NCBI GenBank assembly: GCA_037447605.1
Contig: CM074804.1
Coordinates: 5,495,909 to 5,559,908 of the forward strand
Origin: Zygnema circumcarinatum SAG 698-1b
Lineage: Eukaryota; Plantae; Zygnematophyceae
Length of the DNA stretch: 64,000 nt
Reading direction: 5' to 3'
Under the pieces are notes generated by a model. The model saw only the letters and a list, made by a program, of their open reading frames with translations. It was not told where the DNA came from and made no database searches. The translations under genes and the position numbers were made by a program. Shown in pieces: positions 23,412-34,500 of the stretch. How positions within the stretch are numbered: position 1 is the stretch's first letter; the number at the start of each line of letters is the position of its first letter.

Positions 23412-24813
23412 TCCTAAAGCCACTGACGCTCTCTTCCTCCTTCCTCCCTCCCTCTCCCCCCATCTTCCTACTTCCCCCCCTCCCTCCCTCCTCTCCCACC
23501 GTTAACCTTTTTCTCTTGTTCTTGGTTGGCGCGTCGAATTGACAGAAATAGCGCCAATCTCTGACGTTGACTTCCAAAAGAGCCTTCGCCAACCCGTGCT
23601 TTGCTGCGTCTGTTTGCACTGCTCCTTGTCGCCCTATCACTGCATGTGCAAGCCCGTCCATTATGAGAAATTCCACCAACTGAGCGAGTTCTTCTACCAT
23701 CTAGAGTGTTTCAATCACATATTTTCCCTCGTTTTCCATCCCCGATAAGTTCCTGTTCCACCGGGCGTTCTTCACATTGTTAAACACTACTTCCCTCCGA
23801 GGTACCACTCTGTCATCCCATGTAATACCATCAACTAGATGATTGGCTTTGTAGTTCAAAGTCTAACCACCCAGAACTCCTCCCACATGATTCTTCTAGT
23901 TGGATGTAAACTCACCAAATACTTTTCAGCATCTGGCTCGTGGTGCAAAAAACAAGGGGTGAAAGGAGGCGAGGGAAAGAGGAGTCCCGATATGAACGAT
24001 ATGAAGGGGACAAGGGACTAGGGGAGGTGAGGCAAAGAAAAATAGAGTCTTGGTAGGAGGGGAGAAAGGATTGAAGGGGAGGCAAGGGAAAAAGTAATCG
24101 CGGCAGGGGCCACTATTTCTTCCCTCCCTTTCGATGTATCCGACATTCGAAGTGGGAGACAAGATATATAGCCAAATGGTTAGGCGGACCGGCAGCCAAC
24201 TTTCGGGGAAGTCATCATAACAAGGAGTGGGTTGTTGTCTGTCTGGGCAGGACAGCGAGTCAACAAATGACGGCGGTTGACCATACAAGCCTTGAAACTT
24301 ACAAAAGCAGGCGAAGTCCAACTTTGGAGAGAAATGAACCGAAATGCAGCAATCCCGCTGGAGCATTAAACCGCACACATCAAACGTCCGAGGAATTTTG
24401 GCCTCTTAGGTTCCGCATTATCGCCTTATAAACACAGACTCAGAGGGCAAGTGCCTCGAGGGTTCAGACCCACTACATACATGTTGTACAGATAGCAATG
24501 GTCTCTGTCCTAATGTGGAGTACAGTATTCATAGCATGCAACCTCAACTTACAATTACGTTTCAATGCAAACGGCCAACATTGTTGTGTCATAGGCGTTG
24601 CAAGTGCTCGTTCAGCACTGCAAGCTCTTATTTTTCTACATAATCAAATTCCTACGCTACACCGTATGCTGAAGGGTGCAAATATTTATGTGGGTTTTCC
24701 CTATTCTATGCACAAAAGGTGAAAAGAATGCCGCTGGCAAGACTGCACAGTCGACCAGCCACGCAGGCTGCTGTCCCGAGAGCGCCACATTTGGCAGGCA
24801 GGGCAGCCGCAGG

Positions 24814-27800
24814 TCACTCGATGACTGTGCGGTGGTAGCCTCTCTCCTTCACCAGGTTGTCCAAGTAGCTCAATATCTGCGTCAGATAGCATCGCTGCAC
24901 GGTGTGAATGAAAGTCCGTACTATCCATTGCTAAACATGGGAGATATACCAACTCTGCACCGAACGAACTGCCCTTCCTCACACAACTCATTTGGAACCC
25001 ACCCCTGGGTGAGCCTACAATCAACAGAGCCTTATTTGTCTGAGACTTTCTTGACATAGGGATAAAGAGTCGAGAGCTCTGGACAGGCCAAACTGACCAT
25101 GTCTCTGCGTTCCATCAAGCCATCGATCTCTTCGTTGGATAAGACCTCTCCAAACTTTCCCGCCACAGTCGCTCGATCCAAAAAGCGTAGTCGGAGATAA
25201 GTGGATGCTGAAACGCAGCGTACAGGCCCCGTTTGGAAGGCATTTTCGTGTAACATTGTCACGACTGCTTCCTGCAAACTCGTTAGCAACAGAGAGGAAG
25301 GAAGCCATTGAGATGTTTCCAAAGTCTTGGATTGCAGATGAGGCGGACAAGGTTTGGCTGCTATAGTATGGGGCAGAAACAAGCAACGAGGTGGTAATTC
25401 CATGTCTCGAACAAGGATAGATCTACAAGCAGGCTTCCACTGCCTCATAATTGCCAAATGCTGCAAGAGTAATTACGTGCGCAAGAAAAATCAAATGCTG
25501 TGGGTGTCACTTCAAAAAAGTTGAGAAACCAAGACTTGAATAAGCGAACCGCAGACCAGGTTGTCAACCACAGACAGACGGAAAAGGACGCCCATGAAAC
25601 GAGTCTAGAGACCGGAATAATCCCAGAATCAGACAGGCAGAGCCGGGTTCCGTCACTCACTTTTCTAAAGCCCGCAGCATGATCAATGAGGACAGGCTTC
25701 ATTTTGCCGTCTGTCCAGTGCTCTCCTATGAAGAAATGGCCATGATGGCGGTCTGAGTTATTCAGAAGCACGTCCAGGATGCGGGTGTCACTGAGCAGGC
25801 GGGCCACCTGAAAAAAAAAAAAGGTATTTGTGAGAACATATTATCCAAGATTGACTGTACTTGAATGGAAAACATGCGTGTATAAACAAACCATCTGTCT
25901 CTCGTTTAATGGTCTTTAGCTCACTTAAACAACTTCACCCTCAGGGAGAGGGCGGTTCCCCAGTAAACACGCAGCTTTCTGTCAGGCAGCGATAGTGCAG
26001 GTGGCAAGGAAACGCACAGAAACGCCCCAGTTGGATGCGGGCACTGTCTTCAACTGGCGGCACTCCGGCACCCAATAGATGAACGCTCCCTCCTCGTAGT
26101 GATTCCAATCAACGTCAATACCGCCACGGCGATAGGCCACCTGCCGTGAACCCAATAGTAGAGTATACACCAGTCTTGTAAGGGCAATTATGAAGCTAAA
26201 GAAGAGCTTTGTAAGGCGCGCTGGCAGTTCAGACTTAAAGACAGTACGTTGGAAATGTCAGCTTTCGGTTTCTTCTGGTCATTCTTTACATAGAATTAAG
26301 GTCTATAGCATTCCAGGTTCAACAAAATAACTGACATCTTCCGACGTCCGCATATATATTCCGTGCCTTCACATCACCGCTACTTGTGATGGGCACTGAA
26401 GCTTAGCTCATTGGCCAACGCATAGTTTCACATCCATACTGTCTCAAATTTTGGTGTAAAGGTTCTGAACAAAGTGTTAAGTCCAGATACAGCAGGTACA
26501 GTTTTGCAGAAAGAAAATGCGTTTTTTCTTGAGAGCGTTCCCAGAAGTAAGGGAGTCTATAGTATAAACATGCCCCCTGAACGGCACTTCGGTGCTCGGT
26601 GGATCACTTCCAATGTGACTCTTGCAGTGTATTTCAATAGGTCGGTTTAGTTACAGATGAGATCCTCGCCGTGGCCACAAGTCTTAGACAGAAGCAGTAC
26701 TCACCGGCGGCACGTAGTCCATCCCCAACATGAGGTTAAGCTCATACGCCACCCATTCAATTGGAGCGCGATGCCACCCATCCGCATCGCCTTTAACTCG
26801 AGGCTTCACCATGGCACCTATCTGCACAACCCGCGCACAGTTTCAAGGAAAATAAAATAATCCTCTCCTTAATTGCCTCCCACCATTTTCGGTTCTGGCC
26901 TCTCACTTCCTGGGCAGTTCTCCTGCCGTGACAATCCGCATCTGATCTGCGATTGAAATCACTTCCGCTAGTCGTGATGACCCCCGTACACTTTGAAGTC
27001 AGCAATATAACAAGTGGCTGAGCATAACCCTTTGAGCCTTCCCAACTTCTCTGCAAACGTCCACGAAGCTAAGAAAGGACACACTACTAGCAGTACCCGA
27101 TAAACGCATATCACTACAAGTGATGACCTCGTTTTTAATTGACAATGGTGCATCTTACGTGTGGCAGAGGACAGTGACACTAAAGCCAGTAGACTGTGCC
27201 ACAAGTAGAAGCCGAACCTGATGGCCTGTCTTCTTGTTTTGCAATTGCGTTACAAAGCTGACATGGCCAAAATCACTTGGCGGATCCATGGGTGAGCAGG
27301 AGACAACTTTGCCGTTTACTAAAATCTCCACAATTGCATGATGCTTATCATGGACAACGGGATCAGTGTCGGTCGATCGCTGCTGATAATGTGTTCGCTT
27401 TAGATCCATGGCAGTGTCCGCCAAACTTTGTAACGCTAGAGCCACATAATCATCACCCTTCACTCCTGCGCAAGGAAAAGGATAAACTCTATCACCAAGA
27501 TTGAAGCGTGACATACATCATCATGAAGAATATGTCCTTCCAATGGGAAAAAGTGACTCCCAATGGGATCGTAGGCGACAAACGAATCGTTATGGAGGCA
27601 TAGCCCTGCTGTGGCAATCAAAACTGACGACGGTCAAATCTCTTGGAATCCCTCCCTTGAGTAGTACTCTTTTAGAAATTCAGAAAGCGTTCGTGATGCT
27701 GCAGAACCAAAGGACTCGTTTAGAAACTCCCCTTCCGAGGCTGAAGCTAACAGCAGCACGTTATTTGGTTCCGCAATGCTCAACCCCGACTCACGGATCG

Positions 27801-29145
27801 GCCCTCTTACACCATCGAAACATCCTTTCTCGAGCATACAATAGCAGAAGCAACCGGCAGAAATATTCGGTCATCAAGAGATTAACCGTGCCCAGGGAAG
27901 CGCTTTTTCAATGCGTACCTGTTGTCAAGCAGGCGTCCCCTGCGCACCGCACCGTTGTTTCCAAGGTCACCAGTGCAGTGTGCCGCACCTCGTCCTTTTG
28001 GATCGTGGTCTTTGTGCATGAAAGAGCCCCCGGATGAAATACCACGCACTGCATTATGGCGGGAAGAGTCACCGCGTCCGGACCAAGAGGGGCATCCTCC
28101 ATCTCTTTGCCACCAACTACAGCACCATCACCATATTCCTTTGCAGCTCCATTTTCAGACTGGACTACTGCACTTTCTGCTACATTCTCACTGCTGCCCT
28201 GCTCCACAGCTGCTACCTGAGCATTGTGGTCGATCTCAACTGCTTTATCTGTTATCTCAGCTTTATAAACTGCAGAACCTCCCTGCCGCTGAATCTGAGC
28301 AGCATTTGGAGGAAAACCGTCAGTCAGCAATGCAGTGAGTTTCATTGAGGTTTCCGCATCCTCGTCAGCCTCATTAAGTTGTGAGGTTACTTCTGCAAGA
28401 CGTGCTGAGGCAGCTTCTAAAGCATGGCGGACCCGTCGCTCTTCGCGCTTTAACTCTTCAAGACGCCTCTCTTCCTCGAGAATAAATTGGGTGCTCGCTA
28501 AGTCTAATTTATTCAACTGTGGAAATTCCTCTTCAGAATCAGAGTGTTCAACGTGATCCGTCACAACCTTGAGTCGATCTGCTTCAACGCGTGCGCTGTG
28601 GGCAGTCAACGCAACCTGTTCCATGGAGCTTGTTAAAGCCGCTGTAAAGTGCGTGATTCTTCTCATTAGGTCATGGTTCTGCTGCTCTATGGCTGCAATA
28701 GTCTCGACCATGTGGTCGAGCTGCTTCTGCGATGGTTTCTGCATTGTGATACTCTCTTCGCTTTCTAATTCGATCTCCGATGAGCGATTCTTCTCGGACT
28801 CGAAAGATGGAGCAAGCTCCATATCTAATGCCTCCAAACTGCTCATGTCTGAGGCTTGGCCTGCAAACCCATATGCGAACTCTGTCAGACATGCTTTCGC
28901 CACAGACTTGCTCATACAACCCATTCAATTGCATCAGCCTTCGTGAACGCGTACTCACAATAAGCAGGCGCTGCATTCACCAGGCGACGTGCGGGCGCGC
29001 TGCACACCTTCACTGTCAATTCACGGACGCGGAAGAGCACTCTCCTACCGCCAGCTGGCATGCTTGCGACGCAAGGCGTGCTGCAGGGGCGGCCCATCCA
29101 CGAAGGCCCCCCGCAGGGCAGCTTGGCGCTGCACACCGCAGCCAT
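24814..29145 (-). CDS. Atypical kinase (PI3/PI4-kinase-like / FAM20-like fold) with N-terminal coiled coil and probable transit peptide
   Basis: Exons read HVSFVTQLQNKKTGHQ / IGAMVKPRVKGDADGWHRAPIEWVAYELNLMLGMDYVPP / VAYRRGGIDVDWNHYEEGAFIYW / LLSDTRILDVLLNNSDRHHGH..PVLIDHAAGFR / LSNEEIDGLMERRDM / ILSYLDNLVKERGYHRTVIE*. These include the Lys, xE..AY, DRH and IDH motifs. A long coiled-coil exon spans ~28850-27989. Start at 29145 (MAAVCSAK..) is inferred, and the linker exons at 27.5-27.9 kb are unresolved. Confidence 0.82.
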
Positions 29146-29149
29146 CTGC

Positions 29150-30560
29150 CCCTGCGCCTGCAAAGAGACGAGAAAACGACCACAGACCCTCACTTCCTTC
29201 AGATCCTTCCACCCCTCCGCCCGCCTGCTGCGCTGTACTGCGCGCCGCCTGCAAAGCCCGCCGCGAGGTCTAAGGCCTGCCCGCCCGCCCGCCCGTCCGG
29301 GCCTGCCAGCCGCTCTCCTAGGGAAGGGGAGGCCCGGGAAGAGCGCTCGTGCCGCCACGTGGAACACAAGCCATGGCGGCCGCAGGCAGGGCGGCTGGGA
29401 GGCGGGCAGTAGCTAAATATTTTCCGGGCAGCCTGGGGGCGCCCTCGAGGCCCCAGCGCTGGCTGCGGCGGCGGCTGGGCGGGCCGAGGGCGAGGGCGGT
29501 AGGGCGGGCCGCAAATATCTCGAAAGACGCTTTTTGGGCCCCACAGCCGGGCAGCGAAACGTTTTGGGCCAGCGCGGGCAGGGCTCCAAAAAAACGGCGC
29601 ACGCCGGTGGCCGCAGCTGACGGGCGGGAAGCTGACTTGTCGCGGGGGTGGGGCTCGAGCGGGCAGGCAGGCGGGCAGCGCTAAAATAATTGGAGGGAAA
29701 GTTTTACGTCGGGGAAAGTACCGAGCGAGCGAGCGAGCACTGCCCCTCTCCGCGCTGGAGAGACGGGACGGGAGTCACGGGACGGGTCACGGCCGTACGG
29801 TCACCGGGGCCATACGGTCACCGGGGCGGTACGGGGCTGCGCGGGCGGGCGGGCGGGCGGGCGGGCGGCTGCTTCAATGCGGACCGCGACGGGCGGCGGC
29901 GCGAAGGCGAGCCGCGACCGACCGCGAGGGAGGCGCTTCATGGCCGGGGCCGCGTGCCGGACCGGACCGCATATAGCAGGGGAGGGAACAACGGACCAGG
30001 CAGGGGCCAGCCGTGCTGTCGCATTCCGGCGGGCGTGCGTGCGTGGCGCCACACCATTCGCTCCACACTTCCGGGAGGGGACTGGAAGTCGCGGCTTCCG
30101 AGGGGGACGAAAAGTTCGACGACGACGACGACGAGCACGCGCGCGGCCTCTGCCTGCCATTGGCTCGCCCTCCCTTCCCCCCTCGGGGCGGCCGTCCGAC
30201 GTGGAGCCGAAAACCGCACCGTACGCGGAGAGTACGGTTCCGTAATGGCGCCGTCCGACGGTCCGGGACATGCACGATCAGGCGCTCCTATGCACGGTAT
30301 GGACTATGGACTGTCTGGTTCTGTGGACTATGGAGCGCAGAAGCACAATGGATAGCACGTACCGTACCGTAGCGGATACGGGAAATCCGGCCCGAAGCTT
30401 CCGATATCCGACGCGGTATCCGGGTCGGTATCGGATTGCTAATGCGGAATCGGCGCGCAGGGAGGGGAGGCCAGCCGGCACAGGCCAACTCGCAGACGCG
30501 ACGAGGCGATGTTGACTCGTCGCTTGCTTCGGCACCGGTTCGAAACCTGCGGCAGGGAAA
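29150..30560. promoter_or_regulatory. GC-rich promoter island with repeated motifs and a (GGCG)n tract
   Basis: Very high GC. Repeats of GGCGGGCAG..GCTAAA(A)TA, two TTTTGGGCC (site II-like), two CGGTCACCGGGG, (GGCG)n at ~29843-29866 and several CCGTAC/GTACGG. Confidence 0.5.
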
Positions 30561-30695
30561 AGTTGCTCGTTGAATCTGTATGGGCGCCGCCATCGTGATC
30601 GTGAGACGAATACCATGCTTGCATTGATGTGTACCATGCTTTTTTCTGTGAGGAGGAATTGCCTTGCTAAAAGATCTTCGTTAAAGGCAGGCGCG

Positions 30696-31504
30696 ATGAG
30701 AAAGTCCTATGGTTACCAATGGGGTTGGATGCAAAGACCGCATGAGCAGAATGTCTATTTTCACTCACTGGAGGAACTTCAGAAATTCAATCCAAGGACA
30801 CCACCAAGGAGAAAAACCACCAGTGAAAAGGTAGATCTAGGACCAAACCATGAGGAGCATTTACCTCGAAGTTTAGAAGCTACACTGACTATCTGCGTTT
30901 GAAGAAGATTTTGGTTCAAGTGATCTTCTGAGTCTCTGGTCGAAACAGACACAGTGACAGGACAGAAAAACAAAATAAAAATTCACTCAAGGTGGGGATA
31001 AAAACCTCTAGACTGAATGTGAACGGAAAGTGTTGACTGAAGGCATGAAGACAGTCCATTTTCTCTGGCCTTCACTCCGCCAAGAGAGACTGCGGGCTGC
31101 ACTGCTTCGTCGTAGCTGAGACGTAAGATTTACAGTGCAGAGACCTATTGATTTGAGGGTAAGTACCCGTTTGCTATTGACATGTTTCCGGTCTCTTCAA
31201 AGTTGAGCTCACAACTCCAGGTCATTCAAGGATATCCGCTTATCTGGCTTCGTCCAAAGCCGTAGAATCTTCATGGGATGATATCCGAAAAAGTATCAGG
31301 CGAACCGTCACTGATTCTAGCACCTATCCAGCTCCGCGCCACTCTGTGAGCAAGGTGCTGCCTTTGTTCTTGGAGCATGAAACCATAGACAACAAGAAGT
31401 GCTTTGCAATCAAGTTTCCCCTTCCCTTCTCCATCCCTCCTGCCTTCCTGGTACTGATCCTTGTAGACATGGCAAGTTCACCGTTCCATTCCCTCACGGA
31501 GTAA
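30696..31504 (+). CDS. Possible small spliced orphan gene convergent with SHOC1
   Basis: Protein-like ORF MRKSYGYQWGWMQRPHEQNVYFHSLEELQKFNP..SEK followed by a GTAG donor. A GTAAGT donor at ~31159 and an open frame at ~31200-31504. No domain recognised. Confidence 0.2.
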
Positions 31505-31586
31505 CGAGCAGCACACGGTTAATCTATAAGAAATCCTGATTTTAAACTTAGGAGTAGTGACTCGCCATAACGTTTTGCCAGTTCAT

Positions 31587-34500
31587 CTACATGGTATATG
31601 TGGCGTTAAGTTTTGATCTCTTGGCAATTCCTGTTCCAGGTGTTTCCCATACCAGCTGACTCTGCTTGTCAATTCCTCTAGCCTTCTTATAGACCAATGA
31701 CTGCAAGAACGAAAGGAAACAGAAGACCTTCATTAGTATCCTCGAACTGCTAGATTCGATCCTCTCCTCGACCTTATAGGCAACCACTGACTGAGGGCAT
31801 CACTGTCAATATATGATATTCTAAACATGGCTTAGTTGTTGTAATCATACCTCCTTTGCCCTTTTGTCGGGTGGCGTCCATGCTGAGAGCGGTTTGCCAG
31901 AAAGCTCTGCTGAATCTTGCTTCAGTTTCTTTTGCCAAGGAGCGCCTGATGGAGTCCGAGCATTATGTTTGAAGAGGTCGAACTTCCGTGGTGTGCAGTC
32001 CTTCAGCGTATGGGACTTCAGTGGCTGCTTTGGACCTTTAACTCGTTTCCGAGCCACAAATAATGGTACAGGTGGCTTTAGCGACCAAGTGCAGCTGTCC
32101 AAGCCTTGCCGTGTATCCGACAAAAACTTATTCATATGATTGTCTTCGTCATTTGAGTCGGAAGCAGGGACGCTGCGCTTTCTGAAAAGATGAGCGCTTG
32201 ACGTTGAACAGGTACCCCTTCTTTGAGATGTTGTTACCTTCTCTTTTAACAGAGTGTCTGTCGTGTTGTCATCAGAGAACTTTCTGCTTGCTAGCCATCG
32301 ATTCAGGGCCCCTGCAACTGCGTTTTCTGAATCAGCTAGAAGCCAGCTTGGTGCGTCCGGTTCCAATTGCTGCAGTTGCTCGTCAGGGAGGCAAAGCTCA
32401 TTCTCGCCACCGTGCAGGTCATCTGGTAAGGGAAACACACCCAAGTAAGTACTCGCGCATTAAAACTGAATGAGCTGAATACTTCTCAGTTCAGTTTGGA
32501 TTTTTAAGAAGATGACCTTACCTCTAAAGAGTTCGTCTGACGAGTGCTTGGGTACCTTCTTCTTGAAATCTTCAAAGCTCCACAGTGCCTCTGGGTCACC
32601 TGTGTTCATCTTTGCTGGCAGCAAGCCAGGGGGTGAGTACAGCTGTGGTTCTGGTTCTCCAACAATTTCAGTGGCAGGAGGGAAGTAGACATCATGAATT
32701 TGAATGTCTTGAAAAGATAACGCCTGGAAATGATCAGTTGTCAGTTCAGCTGGGTGAGAACTTGGCAGGTTTTCCGCTGATGCTGGATTGGATGCTTCCC
32801 ATTCTTTGCCATTGCCATAATCAGTCGGCTCCAGCTGGGAACCTTGCATGTTGACTCTCTCAACATTCCTCTGTTGTCCTGTTGACAGAGGGTGACCTTG
32901 TTGTGATGGGATGGGCCCCGATCTGTTTCGGTTTGGAATAACTTCATTGACAGCAAACAACTCCGGAATATGAGTCTGATGGAGTAAAACATGCTTCCTT
33001 GATCGTTCCCCGTGTCCAATTGGCTCTCCATATTCTTGCATTGGACAGATACCTTGGTCTATCACCAAGCCGGTCTCCCCGGAAAGGTACTCTCTATTGA
33101 GGTTGACAGGTTCGTTGTTTTGAAGAACGTTGTTTTCTGCATTCTGAAATCTTCGCTTATGCTGACACTCCAGATGAAATAATCTTATGCATCTTTCCGG
33201 AATCCCAAAATTTGCAGTCGCAGCAAGTTGCTTTTCCACAGTTAAGCAAACGAAAACTGGAAGCGGAATCCCGCACGAAATTATAGCAGCCGAACTAAGC
33301 GGATTCAGTCCTGGGAATGCGTTTAAGAATGTCTCGGCCAATGTTTCTGATTCTTGCACATGAGGGAAGCCTTCTGGAACATTTCTTCCAACTGAATAAA
33401 TGAATCCTTTGACCAGTTGTATTGTAGTCGTTGAAGAATCTGATAGAAAACATTGCAGGGACATGTTAAGTTCAACTGCAGCCGCATACAATCCATCCAG
33501 TGACAAGGTAACCTCCCGGGTGAAGACGTCTCCTCCCTCGAAGATCTGCAAAATGGCAGACAAGCATAGAAAGTTGGACGTGTGCAATGAACAGGCATCC
33601 ATTAAACTGAGCACTGAGAGACTTGCGACAGATTAAAGAAATATTTGTTTGGATCTCACCATAACGCACTCTTGATAAGCAAAGCTGATGGCCTTCAAGT
33701 GGTTCTGAATGATGACTTCAACAGTGGGGCCATGCGCATCAACTGGTTCGTCCTGCCGTTTCCTTTCATCCTCACGTAGCTTTTGCTTGGTGTACACCAC
33801 GAGACAAGTAGCAGGGCTAAGTATAAAATCAACAGGGACGTGAATTTCCCTTTCCACGACCTGCCATGTCAGTCGTTGCATGACTATTAACACGAGTTGG
33901 AGTCCTCGTTTAAATTGGAGCACCCTTTTGTTTTAGTGGTGATAAAACCAGGCGACAATGAGAACAAAAACCGGTATCACATGTCGCTTGGTAGCTGATT
34001 CAAATAAATTCTGTTGCGGTTCAGATTGTTCAAGGAGGCTAACCTGAAGAGCACAACCCAGTTTGCAAAGCTTACCTTACCTGAATACCATCGTCTTCAA
34101 CTTCGAGGATTTTCTGGTAGTAGTCCCTTTGCTGAGCCAGGAAAAGTGTATTTCCAGAATGTATGTTGGCGATGATAGTTGCTCGATTTCTTCTCTTGCC
34201 CACAATCGCGAACCTTTTCAATTGACCAAAAGTCTAAGAAGCGAAAAACATGTGAAAATGAATTAAGGTACAATGGGTTTGACAACAGTGTAAAAAGTCT
34301 GGCATGGTTTTGGTATAGAATTGCATGACATCGTCATGTCTGGTTTGGTGATTCAGAAAACTCTGAACGGAGAGGAAGAGGAGGATTATTGCAAAGACAG
34401 CAGTTGGGGAGGGTACGCCTCATACAATTCATCTGGATAGCATCATTGTGGAAAATAAAAGCAGCTAACCTGGGGCAAACTCCCTCTTGACCGCCCATCT

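Noticed and set aside
23504-24378. HFSPK..EELAQLVE resembling a TIR-domain catalytic helix upstream of the LysM exons
   Set aside because: Depends on uncertain splicing, spacing is wrong, and other TIR motifs are absent.
27908-27920. TGA followed by a continuing open frame in the kinase gene (readthrough or selenocysteine idea)
   Set aside because: A 70-nt GT-AG intron (27988-27919) changes the frame before this codon, so ordinary splicing is the simpler explanation.
28883-28924. MGCMSK myristoylation/palmitoylation-like start of the 338-aa ORF
   Set aside because: It lies between a GTGAGT donor (~28957) and acceptors CTGACAG/TTTGCAG, so it is probably intronic. An upstream exon from 29145 splices in phase.
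27501-28946. Plus-strand ORFs at 27501-28037, 28034-28348 and 28569-28946
   Set aside because: Antisense shadows of the kinase coding exons.
29690-30640. Many overlapping 90-220 aa ORFs in GC-rich promoter regions (also 1844-2719, 17.6-18.3 kb, 45.0-46.1 kb, 48.4-49.0 kb, 54.3-54.9 kb)
   Set aside because: Arg/Gly/Pro/Ala-rich on both strands, as expected from stop-codon scarcity at high GC. No domains or splice support.
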